NCBI GenBank assembly: GCA_965261025.1 | Contig: OZ253438.1 | Span: 150,001-182,000, forward strand | DNA from: Chlamydiales bacterium | Lineage (GTDB): Bacteria; Chlamydiota; Chlamydiia; Chlamydiales; SM23-39 | Reading direction: 5' to 3' | Length of the DNA: 32,000 nucleotides | Shown: piece by piece, positions 1-8,752 of the stretch | Layout of the letters: each line of letters begins with the position of its first letter | How positions within the stretch are numbered: position 1 is the stretch's first letter | Notes under the pieces: model-generated | What the model saw: only the letters and a program-made list of their open reading frames with translations | What the model was told of the DNA's origin: nothing | The model's database searches: none | Made by a program: the position numbers and the translations under genes

Positions 1-63
1 TTATGAAAAAGAGTTTATCTCCATGGATCTTCTATAGAGATCTCTTCTTAAAGTTACAATTTT

Positions 64-1968
64 TCAAGGAGAAATAGGCCCTTGTGGATTTCCAGCATGA
101 GGGGATACGATATTCCAGTCAGAATGAAGAGCTGCCTCTTCTTCTATTTGGATAAGCTTCCACTTATTTAAGATTCCTCTTACCTGTTTTATTACTCTTT
201 CAGATAAAGAAACTTTTTCGGGTTTTATTCCGGTTATGCTGATCTTTAGTTGCGCTGAAAGATTTTTCAAATGCTCTGGAATTCTTATGGTTTTGTTAAA
301 CAAAGCTTTGAATAGATCTGTCTTTATAAAATCTGTGGATAAAGTGGCTATTGCTTCTCTCTCTTCCGTTTTTAGCCCTTCCGTCAAGACTTTTTGCACT
401 TGTTTTGAGTAAAATCTCTGTATTACTTCTACAAATTGGTTTTGTAAAAACGTAGCTTCTTGAGAGGGGTCTTTTTCTTCCATTAAGCAACCTTGTAATG
501 CTTGCAAAACCTCACAGGTTAAAGCCTTTTGAAGAGCTTGGATATTTTCTTCGGTTTCCCCTTCCTTTGCTACTAAATTCCGAATAGGCTCCTCGGTCAT
601 ACTAAAAATCATATTAAATAGCTTATTTGCTACATCCAATTTATCTACACCTATCCGCAACGAGGCCCTCCCAAGTCGGGAAAGGTTTTCTTGTAGATTA
701 GGGCTGTCTCTTAAGGTAGCGCTAATATTTTGTAGCAGTTCCTTTTTTTCCTGATCTGTTACAACAGGAATATTCCCTTTTTCATATAAATCAGCCACCT
801 TCTGAAGCTTTTGTAAGCTTTTCCCTAGGAAAATCTGAGTGATTTCTGGATCTAAAATGGTATCTACAAGGTTATCTACTAGCTGGAAGACATTTAGAGA
901 AAGAAGTTTTTTTACAAAATTCACGATAATGGTTATCACGAAATCTATAGGATGTCGAAGAAATTTTTCAGGAGTAGATACTTTTACTAGATCTTGTTTT
1001 AATTTAAAGACCCCGCTGGGAAGCTCTTCTCCTCTTCTTACGACTCGTTTTGCAAAAATTTCTTCTATTATTTTCAGGGGTTTTTCATATAAAGGAGCCA
1101 TTAAATCTGACCCTTTTGATAGGGCAGTTTTTCCAATTCGGGTGTTTGCTAAAGTAGATACCGTAGCTTGCCCTACCTCATTAACCACCTTAGCCGTTTT
1201 TAAGACAGCTTGTTCAATAACAGGATTAAGCTCTATTTTTTCTATTGAAGAAGGCTCCTTAGAAAGAGTTGTTTCTAACTCTTGTTCTATTTCTTCTTGC
1301 TCTTGCACGGAAAGCTCTTTTTCTGAAAAAGAGGGAAGAAATTTGGAGATTTTTTGCGCTGCTGTAAAGACCTTCCAAGCACCTGCTTTTACGATTTTTT
1401 GAGAAAGCCCCTTAAAAGAAGAATCCTCTTCTTCCAAAAGTTCGGGGTTTTCTTCTAAGAGCTTTTTCAAGTTTAAAAGATCTTCTTCTTTTTTTTGTTG
1501 TAATAAGCCCGTTAAATAGTCTTTAAATAGCTCAAAATTTTCCGTAGAGGTGCAGACCTTATTATAAAGTACTATAAAAAGCTTTAAAGGAACCCTTTTC
1601 TTAGGAGAAAGCAATTGGATTTCTTCATAGGTTTCCTTAAACAAGGAAAAGAAGGATGCCTTTTCATCATCTTGTAAAACGGCTAAAAACGAAGAAAACT
1701 CTTCTTGACTAGCTAAAATATACTGCTTTTCACAAGCAGGAAGAGTTTCAGCCCAACTCCAAAAGCCGTAAGCCCCCGTTTTTTGAAAGATTTCTAATTC
1801 TTCCCTTTTATTTGAAATAGATCCAAGGTAGGGGTTTTTTCTCCACTTGGCAAATTCGGGAAAAGATTGTTCTGCCCATTCTATTTCTGCTACTTGCGCA
1901 TTTTTCTCTGCCCAGTTTTTAATCCCTTGGGTGTAAGAAGAAATATAATTAGTTAAATTAGCAAACAT
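64..1968 (-). CDS. Large orphan protein (~634 aa), acidic and Lys/Leu-rich, probably mostly helical; function unknown
   Basis: Single uninterrupted ORF (track 64..1980 starts at TTG 1980; first ATG at 1968 gives MFANLTNY...). No signal peptide, TM segment or catalytic motif recognised. Long charged stretches are present (KKEEDLLNLKKLLEENPELLEEEDSS, VQEQEEIEQELETT). Track ORFs 296..490 and 839..1402 overlap it and are treated as spurious. Confidence 0.6.
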   Translation of the reverse strand: MFANLTNYISSYTQGIKNWAEKNAQVAEIEWAEQSFPEFAKWRKNPYLGSISNKREELEIFQKTGAYGFWSWAETLPACEKQYILASQEEFSSFLAVLQDDEKASFFSLFKETYEEIQLLSPKKRVPLKLFIVLYNKVCTSTENFELFKDYLTGLLQQKKEEDLLNLKKLLEENPELLEEEDSSFKGLSQKIVKAGAWKVFTAAQKISKFLPSFSEKELSVQEQEEIEQELETTLSKEPSSIEKIELNPVIEQAVLKTAKVVNEVGQATVSTLANTRIGKTALSKGSDLMAPLYEKPLKIIEEIFAKRVVRRGEELPSGVFKLKQDLVKVSTPEKFLRHPIDFVITIIVNFVKKLLSLNVFQLVDNLVDTILDPEITQIFLGKSLQKLQKVADLYEKGNIPVVTDQEKKELLQNISATLRDSPNLQENLSRLGRASLRIGVDKLDVANKLFNMIFSMTEEPIRNLVAKEGETEENIQALQKALTCEVLQALQGCLMEEKDPSQEATFLQNQFVEVIQRFYSKQVQKVLTEGLKTEEREAIATLSTDFIKTDLFKALFNKTIRIPEHLKNLSAQLKISITGIKPEKVSLSERVIKQVRGILNKWKLIQIEEEAALHSDWNIVSPHAGNPQGPISP

Positions 1969-1980
1969 AGTTTTTACCAA

Positions 1981-2136
1981 TATTTTTAGAAACTAATAAT
2001 ATTATAATATAATTTTTATTTTATGTAAACAAAAATAATTATTATATAAATTTATCAAAAAAATAATTATATAAAAAAGAAATGAGTAGTAAAAAAACCT
2101 TTTACCGTCTATCACGGAAAAAAAAGGAAGAATATA
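1981..2136. promoter_or_regulatory. Extremely AT-rich divergent intergenic region, likely holding promoters for the 64..1968 gene and the TpsA-like gene
   Basis: 156 nt nearly devoid of G/C between two divergent long ORFs. An AGGAAG Shine-Dalgarno-like element at 2125..2130 lies 6 nt upstream of ATG 2137. No confident -35/-10 pair could be singled out in this low-complexity sequence. Confidence 0.4.
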
Positions 2137-5100
2137 ATGAGGTTTTATCAGAAAATTTTTTTAACTCTATTATCTTTAGTTATTTATGATTTCATAGGGG
2201 CTTTACCAAAAAATGCTACCCCTGTTTTCGGCAGGGCTGATATAGAAGAAAAGGGAAGCTCTATGGAAATTAGTACCAGTGAAAAGGCCTTCATCCATTG
2301 GGAGGATTTTTCTTTGGGAAAGGGGGAAAAGGTTCATTTTATCCAGCCTAATGAGATTTCTTCCGTGGTAAATCAGGTAGTAGGGGGAAAAGCTAGCCAT
2401 ATTCTGGGAAGAATAAGCAGTACAGGAAAGGTCTATCTTGTAAATCCTCAGGGGGTTCTCTTTTCCAAAGAAGCGAGTGTAGAGGTAGGTAGTTTAGTAG
2501 TTTCCACTCTTCCTTTTTCTGTAGAGTCTTTTGTTCAGGGAGATCCCTTAGTTTGTAGGGGTAGATCGGAAGAGGGTATATCTCATTTTGGAAAAATAGA
2601 GGCTAAAGAGGGGGATATCCTGTTTTTAGCCAGGAAGATAGAGAGCCAAGGAGAGCTAAAAGCCTTACAGGGCTCTGTATCCATGGGGGCCGGTTATGAA
2701 ATTATCATCAAGCCAAGCTCCAATAGAATTTTACATATTCGTCCGAAAGTAGAAGCTTTTAAAACAAAAGCAAAAATTTCTTGTTCTAGCGTAATTGAAG
2801 CATTAAAAGTCGAATTGCAAGCAGAAAGATCTGCTTACCATTTAGCAGTTTCTAAAGATCCCGATGCCTATTCTCTTGTAGAAAAGGACGGAGAGATTTT
2901 TCTAAAATCTTCTGAGATAGAGATAGCGGGAGATATCCTTTCAAAAGAGTTTTATCTATCTGCAGATGAGGTTACCACTTTCCCGAGCTCTTCTATTTCA
3001 GTAGAGGAAAGGGTAAGTCTTATAGAAGCAAATCGAGTTTTTACCCACTTGGGAAGGCTCCTAGTAAAACAGGGAGATGTAAAAATAAATACAGACTGTG
3101 AAGAGGGACTCTTTTTTCAAAAGGGGGAAGTACTTCTTTTAGGAGAAAGAGCCAAGTTAGAATATGACTTTCCTTTTCTGTACCACTCTGGGAAGAGTTC
3201 TGTAGAAGCCAGCGTGGCAGATATTTCTTTTATTTTTGAAAACTATATCGATACAGCAGGCAGTTTTATACAAGTTACAGGTAAAGAGAAGGCTTGTGTT
3301 TCTCTTTTAGGAAAAGAAGGGAGCTCTTTTTTTTCTTCAGGAAAAATAGGGGCTTTTTCTCCAAAGGGGGGAGAGGTATTTCTTCGCGCGGAAAAAATGG
3401 AACTGGCAGGAGCTTTTGTAGAAGCGGAAAAAGGTTCTCTTTTTCTAGGAGGAACTTCGGCTAAGGATATTTCTTGTACACATCTTTTCTTGAACTGGGC
3501 TACAGAACTAGATGTAGGCGCTAAAAAAGAGGGAAACGGAGGAAAAATAGGTCTTTTTTCTAAAGGTTTTTTAGAAAATGGGGGCACCCTTTTAGCGAAG
3601 GGGGGAGCTCTTTCTGGGGATGCAGGATCCGTTGAGCTTTCCTCTGAACAAGAGCTAAATCATATAGGAATAATTCAAGTAGATGCTCCTTCAGGAAAAA
3701 GCGGGGAAATTATTTTTGACCCCAAAAACATCCTTATTACGGAGGAAGCAAAAGTTCGCTATCCCCAATTTGAGATAAAAGAGCCTACAGCACAAATAGG
3801 AGGAGAGTTTGGAGCTGGCATTTACCCTTTAGAGGAGGGAAACGTCGTCGTTACTCGTTCCAAAGTGGGAGAGGGAGCCGTTTATCTGTTTAACGGCTTC
3901 ACAGGGCAGTTGGTAGGAGCTACTTTTGGTAAAGGAGGAGGCATTTTGGCCAATCGGATTGGAGGAGGAGGAATAACCGTCTTATCTTCTCAGGATTATA
4001 TAATTTCCAGTCCAGATTGGTTTGAAGCAAGAGGGGCCGCTACCTTAGTTGATCATAAAACGGGACATCCCAAATGGGGACATAAAAATTATGTATGTTT
4101 TGAAAATAGCATTACAGGGGATGTTTCCCTTCAAAATCAAGCGGTTTCTTCAGGAGGAGTTTGGGAAGTATCTCCTGAAGTGGTACTTATATCCAGTCCT
4201 TCTTGGTCAGAAGAGAAAAAAGAAATAGGAGCTCTAACCCCTGTCTTTTTATCTGAAAGGCAAAAAGGATTTTCAGTAAGTAAAGAAAACAGCATTTATG
4301 GATCTCATGAGAAAGACAGAATAGGTAGTGGGGGAATACATATTTTACCCAACCACAATTATCTAATTCTAAGCCCTCATTTTCATTATGGAGAAATACA
4401 ACAAGCAGGGGCTGTGACTTTTGTATCAAAAGGGGAAAGAGCCTTTGCTATTACAGAAAAAAACAGCCTGCATGGAATCCAGGAAATGGATCAAGTGGGT
4501 TGTGGAGGAGTGCTTTCTTTAAACAAGGGAAATTATCTTGTTTTTAGCCCTCTTTGGAATCAGGAAAACAACCTCCGGGCAGGGGCGGTTACTTTGATGA
4601 ATGGGGAAAAAGGATTTGATATGCGGTTTTTTTCCCAAGGTAGAGGAACCGCTGTTTCTCTGAACAATAGCCTTTGCGGCTCTCATTTTAATGACCAAGT
4701 AGGTTCTCACGGGGCTAAGCTTTTAGAAAATGGAAACTATGTGGTAGTAAGCCCTTTTTGGAAAGAAGGAAGGGGAGCCGTTACCCTTTTGAGAGGGGAT
4801 TCAGGAAAAGATTTTCAATGGTTTTCTAAGGGAGCCGGTATTTTTGTTAGTGAGGCAAACAGCTTATCAGGAGAAAGGCCAGGAGATAATGTAGGAAAAG
4901 ATGGGGTTTTTCTCTTTGGAAAGAACCACTATGCAGTAGCAAGTGGTGATTGTAGCATAAATGGCATAGAAAAGGCAGGGGCTATTACTTTAGTAAATGG
5001 GAAAAATGGGGTTTCTTTCCTGGATGGAAAAGAAGGTCCAGGTATGCGGGTAAGTTCTAAAAATAGCTTACAAGGGATCTCTCCTAGGGATTACTTGGGA

Positions 5101-7032
5101 AAGTCTTTAGGAAAAGGAGCCGTTGTTCCTTTAACCGAGGAAAAACTTCTGATTTTAGCCCCTTTTTGGCAAGAAGAAAGGGGATGTGCTTTTCTTTTTC
5201 ATGTTCAGGAGAAGAAAATCGAGTGGGGAGGAAAGGTTTCTCCGCACCTTTTTCCAGAAAAAGAATTTTGCTTTTACGGAGAGGATAAAGGTGACAGAGT
5301 AGGATCTTTTTTCCTTGATCTACAAAATCAAAATTTTGTCCTTTTGTCTCCTTATTGGAAAGAGGCTAGGGGGGCTGTAACACTTTTTGCCAAGCAAACA
5401 GGGGAACCTATTTTACAAAAGCAAGAACATATTATCACTGCTTCCAACAGTTTTATAGGAAAGGAAAAAGGAGATTTTACAGGAGCTTGTGGATATGCTT
5501 TAGAAAACCACCACTTTTTAGTTTCTTCTCCGGGTTTAAAAGTAGCAAAGAAGCAAGGAGCCATTACTCTTTTAAATGGGGAAAGCGGACTTTGTGTAAA
5601 ACAGGGAAAGAATTTTCCCTGTTTTACTAACAGCTTGTATGGCATTCGAGTAGATCAGTTTTCAGAAGCCTTAGAAAATGTACTAGCCTTTGAGAAAAAG
5701 GTAATTTTATCACAACCCTTTTTACAATCTGATAAAGGCAGTAAGGTAAGTGTCATCACTTTAGTAGATAAGCTTCAAGGAGTGAATGGATTTATAGATG
5801 AAACAAATAGCATTTTTGTTCAAGATGAGTCTTGTTTTCAAAGAAAAGTGGTCTTAAAAAAGGATGGTTTTAACGGAAGCTACCTCTTAGGATTTCCAGG
5901 AGAGAATTTTTCCGAAGGGAAAGTTAGAGTAGGAATTACGAATCCTAACTGTATTACCTTTACTAAGGGAGCCGAAAAGACTTTAAGTATGACTCCCCAG
6001 TTTATAGAAGGACTTTTGTCTACAGGAGCCTGCATCACCTTACAAGCAAATAATGATATCATCTTGAGTAGTCCGCTGAAATTTTTACAAAAAGGGAAAA
6101 GCTCAGGAGAATTGGTTTTAAAAGCAGGTAGAAGCATTCAAATAAAAGAATCTATTTCCATGGGATCTCATAGTTTGAAGGTGTTAGCAAATGAACCACT
6201 CTGTAGCGGTTTAGTAGATCCTCAAAGAGAGACAGGTTCTGCTATGATTTCTTTTTTTCCTAAAACCAAGATTAGTTCTGAAGAAGGTAGTCTTATATTT
6301 TCCTTGCAGTCGGGGCAGGGAAAGACATTTTCTGAAAGCGGAATCTTATGGTTAGGAGAAGAGGTTTCTATCAAAACCAAAACGGGAAATATCCATCTTT
6401 TAGCAGAAGAAAATACGGTTTTTTTAAAGCAGGGAACTAGCATTTCCTCCCAAGATGGGCAAATTCTCTTGATGGGAGGCATGCATATTCAAGCCATGGA
6501 AGATGCGGAGATTTTTACTACAGGAAAAGGACAAATTACCCTTGTAGTAGATCAAAAAGAGAAAAGGAGTCCTCTTCAAGAAAAAGGGAGAATCGATATT
6601 TTAAATTTAAAACTTGCTTCTAAAACAGCAGTACGTCTTTTTACCTCAGAAAGAGCCCTCTCTACTTTTCCCAAAACCATTAACCAGGCTATTTATGCTC
6701 CTTCTCTACATGGGAAAAATAGCTCTTTCGAAAAATGGGGAGCTCATTATCCGGAAGGAAGCGCCTCTTATCCTTTCACTATTTTTTATAAGGAGGGGAT
6801 AAATGCAGGCAATGAGGTATTTTTGTTTTTAACCCCGTCAGGGACTAAACAATCTCTTTCTCATCTTATAAACCGGTTTTTTCCCTTTGAGAAAGTCCTA
6901 GTAGAGCCTTTTCAAAAGTGGGGAAAACAAAAACAGGTATTTTCTAGACAAACTTTTGGAGAAGATTCAAACTTGGAAGAAAAAAAGCAGAGACAGCCAG
7001 AAGTAATAGAAAAAAGTGATTTTTCTCTGTAA
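2137..7032 (+). CDS. Two-partner-secretion exoprotein (TpsA / filamentous-haemagglutinin-like), 1631 aa
   Basis: Signal-like N-terminus (MRFYQKIFLTLLSLVIYDFIGA) followed by a TPS / haemagglutination-activity domain pattern: IHWEDFSLGKGEKVHFIQPN...VVNQVVGGKASHILGRISSTGKVYLVNPQGVLFSKEASVEVGSLVVST (FHA-type N.V.GG..S.I.G....G.v.lvNPNGI). Gly-rich beta-helix-like segments, central tandem repeats, and a TpsB-type partner at 8753..10480. Confidence 0.85.
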   Translation: MRFYQKIFLTLLSLVIYDFIGALPKNATPVFGRADIEEKGSSMEISTSEKAFIHWEDFSLGKGEKVHFIQPNEISSVVNQVVGGKASHILGRISSTGKVYLVNPQGVLFSKEASVEVGSLVVSTLPFSVESFVQGDPLVCRGRSEEGISHFGKIEAKEGDILFLARKIESQGELKALQGSVSMGAGYEIIIKPSSNRILHIRPKVEAFKTKAKISCSSVIEALKVELQAERSAYHLAVSKDPDAYSLVEKDGEIFLKSSEIEIAGDILSKEFYLSADEVTTFPSSSISVEERVSLIEANRVFTHLGRLLVKQGDVKINTDCEEGLFFQKGEVLLLGERAKLEYDFPFLYHSGKSSVEASVADISFIFENYIDTAGSFIQVTGKEKACVSLLGKEGSSFFSSGKIGAFSPKGGEVFLRAEKMELAGAFVEAEKGSLFLGGTSAKDISCTHLFLNWATELDVGAKKEGNGGKIGLFSKGFLENGGTLLAKGGALSGDAGSVELSSEQELNHIGIIQVDAPSGKSGEIIFDPKNILITEEAKVRYPQFEIKEPTAQIGGEFGAGIYPLEEGNVVVTRSKVGEGAVYLFNGFTGQLVGATFGKGGGILANRIGGGGITVLSSQDYIISSPDWFEARGAATLVDHKTGHPKWGHKNYVCFENSITGDVSLQNQAVSSGGVWEVSPEVVLISSPSWSEEKKEIGALTPVFLSERQKGFSVSKENSIYGSHEKDRIGSGGIHILPNHNYLILSPHFHYGEIQQAGAVTFVSKGERAFAITEKNSLHGIQEMDQVGCGGVLSLNKGNYLVFSPLWNQENNLRAGAVTLMNGEKGFDMRFFSQGRGTAVSLNNSLCGSHFNDQVGSHGAKLLENGNYVVVSPFWKEGRGAVTLLRGDSGKDFQWFSKGAGIFVSEANSLSGERPGDNVGKDGVFLFGKNHYAVASGDCSINGIEKAGAITLVNGKNGVSFLDGKEGPGMRVSSKNSLQGISPRDYLGKSLGKGAVVPLTEEKLLILAPFWQEERGCAFLFHVQEKKIEWGGKVSPHLFPEKEFCFYGEDKGDRVGSFFLDLQNQNFVLLSPYWKEARGAVTLFAKQTGEPILQKQEHIITASNSFIGKEKGDFTGACGYALENHHFLVSSPGLKVAKKQGAITLLNGESGLCVKQGKNFPCFTNSLYGIRVDQFSEALENVLAFEKKVILSQPFLQSDKGSKVSVITLVDKLQGVNGFIDETNSIFVQDESCFQRKVVLKKDGFNGSYLLGFPGENFSEGKVRVGITNPNCITFTKGAEKTLSMTPQFIEGLLSTGACITLQANNDIILSSPLKFLQKGKSSGELVLKAGRSIQIKESISMGSHSLKVLANEPLCSGLVDPQRETGSAMISFFPKTKISSEEGSLIFSLQSGQGKTFSESGILWLGEEVSIKTKTGNIHLLAEENTVFLKQGTSISSQDGQILLMGGMHIQAMEDAEIFTTGKGQITLVVDQKEKRSPLQEKGRIDILNLKLASKTAVRLFTSERALSTFPKTINQAIYAPSLHGKNSSFEKWGAHYPEGSASYPFTIFYKEGINAGNEVFLFLTPSGTKQSLSHLINRFFPFEKVLVEPFQKWGKQKQVFSRQTFGEDSNLEEKKQRQPEVIEKSDFSL
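3832..5826 (+). repeat. About 11 tandem, divergent ~58-72 aa protein repeats inside the TpsA-like ORF
   Basis: Recurring pattern N(G/H)NY-hydrophobic-SP-x-W-x(3-8)-GA(V/I)T(L/F)-x(10-30)-NS(L/I)-x-G-x(5-8)-(V/I)G-x-GG. Examples: YIISSPDWFEARGAATLV, VLISSPSWSEEKKEIGALT, YLILSPHFHYGEIQQAGAVTFV, YLVFSPLWNQENNLRAGAVTLM, YVVVSPFWKEGRGAVTLL, LLILAPFWQEERGCAFLF, FVLLSPYWKEARGAVTLF, FLVSSPGLKVAKKQGAITLL. Confidence 0.75.
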
Positions 7033-7183
7033 TAGATAGGGGACCTTTCAAAAATGAGTATTTATTAGTCTTGAAAACTAACAAGCCATTTTTAGAAGGG
7101 AAAAATACCAGGAAAGAGTCAAACTTGACAGCCCCTATGGCTTTTAGCCTTGCGATTACGTCAGAAGATCTTTGATAGGTACC

Positions 7184-7567
7184 TTATGATTTTCCTGGCA
7201 AATAAGTATCTAAGATCACTTTCAAGTCATCTGCCTTCAAAGGTTTATTTGCGAAGCCCACTTTTTTCTGCTGGGCACGTTTTCTATCATCAGGGTTTTG
7301 AGAAACCGTGAGCATGACAACCACAGCCTTCTTTTTTTTCTCTTTTTCATACAAATCTAGAAACTCCCAGCCATTCATACGAGGCATATTAATATCAAGA
7401 AGGATAAAGACTATATCTTGATTCTCTTTTACCTTTTTTAGCGCTTCTTCCCCATTACAAGATACAACTACATCGGAAAAAACGTTACTTTGTTGTAGCA
7501 AACTCTTCATTAATCTACAGGTATCTTCATCATCGTCTACGAGCAAAACTTTTCCTAATTTCTGCAT
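7184..7567 (-). CDS. Single-domain (receiver-only, CheY-like) response regulator, 127 aa
   Basis: Receiver hallmarks: acidic pocket LLVDDDED, phospho-acceptor context FILLDINMPRMNGWEF, MLTVS, and conserved Lys-Pro in FANKPL. No output domain. ATG at 7565..7567, 4 nt downstream of the kinase gene stop. Confidence 0.85.
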   Translation of the reverse strand: MQKLGKVLLVDDDEDTCRLMKSLLQQSNVFSDVVVSCNGEEALKKVKENQDIVFILLDINMPRMNGWEFLDLYEKEKKKKAVVVMLTVSQNPDDRKRAQQKKVGFANKPLKADDLKVILDTYLPGKS

Positions 7568-7571
7568 AAGG

Positions 7572-8651
7572 CTACTCCTGGGTTTTTATATTTTGAGGAA
7601 GGGTAAAATGAAAAGTGGATCCTTCTCCTAATTTAGAAGAAATCCAAATCTCTCCTTTATGGGCTTTAACAATCTTTTTGCAGTGGGCCAGTCCTATTCC
7701 ATTTCCAGAATATTCACTTCTTGCATGAAGCTTTTGAAACATGGCAAATAACTTGGGATAGTATTTAGAGTCTATCCCAATGCCATTGTCTTGGAAGGAA
7801 AAATGCCACATATTTTTCTCTGATTTTACATCAATAGTTATTACGGGGTCCCGATCAGGAGAGCGAAATTTTAATGCATTTTCTATCAAAATTTGAAACA
7901 AAAGGATTAGCTCTTCTCCAATTGCTGATAATTTAGGAAGAGGAGTTAAGATTCGCACTTGTGCTTTTTCCGTTTTAATTTTTTCCTCTAGTTTTTTCAA
8001 GACTTCATCTAGCAAGCCCTGGCAGTCTATATTCGAAAGTTCTTTGACTCTTCCGATTCGGGAAAGGCTGAGAAGGTCGGCAATTAAAGTTTTCATACGC
8101 TGGCTTGCAGCCACAATTCTTTTGAGATTATCTTTTTCTTCTGTACTCAATTTTTCCTCAAGGCGCTGTCTCATTTCTTCTATTAAGGATAAAACAGTAG
8201 TCAAAGGCTCTTGTAAATCATGAGAAGCTATGAAAACAAAATGCTCCAGTTCTTCATTAGCTTCCTTTAGGTTTTTAATTTGTTTTTTTTTCTCTGAAGT
8301 ATTTCGAATTGCTAACAGGAAAAACTTTTCTTGGTTCGATTCCAAGGGGCTTAGGCTGATTTCGACGGGAACTTTGTTTCCATCCTTTCTTAAAGCAGTG
8401 AGATCTAAAAGATTCCCTCTAGAACAAATTTTAGGTAAATGCCTCTTTGCAGACTCAGGATCAACATGAAATTCTTCAGGTATTAATTTTTCGATTAGTT
8501 CTCCTAAAAATTCATTTTTTCCATAGCCAAATAGGGCCTCGGCTTGGTAGTTAGCAAAACAGATTTTCCCTTTTTGGTTTATTACAATGATAGCATCGGG
8601 AGCTGCTTGAACTAGTTGGGAAAAGAAAAGAGAATCAAAAGAAAAATCCAT
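7572..8651 (-). CDS. Cytoplasmic PAS-domain sensor histidine kinase
   Basis: PAS-like N-terminus (APDAIIVINQKGKICFANYQAEALFGYGKNEFLGELIEKLIP). H-box FIASHDLQEPL, N-box ILIENALKF, G1 FQDNGIGI, G2 GNGIGLAHCKKIV. No TM segment. The track ORF starts at TTG 8669; the first ATG (MDFSFDS...) is at 8651. Confidence 0.85.
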   Translation of the reverse strand: MDFSFDSLFFSQLVQAAPDAIIVINQKGKICFANYQAEALFGYGKNEFLGELIEKLIPEEFHVDPESAKRHLPKICSRGNLLDLTALRKDGNKVPVEISLSPLESNQEKFFLLAIRNTSEKKKQIKNLKEANEELEHFVFIASHDLQEPLTTVLSLIEEMRQRLEEKLSTEEKDNLKRIVAASQRMKTLIADLLSLSRIGRVKELSNIDCQGLLDEVLKKLEEKIKTEKAQVRILTPLPKLSAIGEELILLFQILIENALKFRSPDRDPVITIDVKSEKNMWHFSFQDNGIGIDSKYYPKLFAMFQKLHARSEYSGNGIGLAHCKKIVKAHKGEIWISSKLGEGSTFHFTLPQNIKTQE

Positions 8652-8752
8652 ACCAAAACTCTCAGGCAAAGACCAGGTTGTATCAAATTTCTTTTAAATT
8701 TTAAAGAGGGGCTAGCTACTTTTTTCTTTTTTTAGAGCTTTTTTTCTCTGAA

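Noticed and set aside
2031-2075. Imperfect direct repeat AAAAATAATTAT(TAT)ATAAA (2031..2050 and 2059..2075) in the tpsA upstream region as a regulator binding site
   Set aside because: The surrounding 156 nt are almost pure A/T, so such near-repeats are expected by chance. It is noted here but not claimed as an operator.
2137-7032. Possibility that the TpsA-like protein is a contact-dependent inhibition (CdiA-type) toxin
   Set aside because: I saw no VENN-type pretoxin motif in the C-terminal region. There is also no small same-strand immunity ORF downstream, because the next gene is a convergent response regulator. An adhesin/exoprotein role is more parsimonious.
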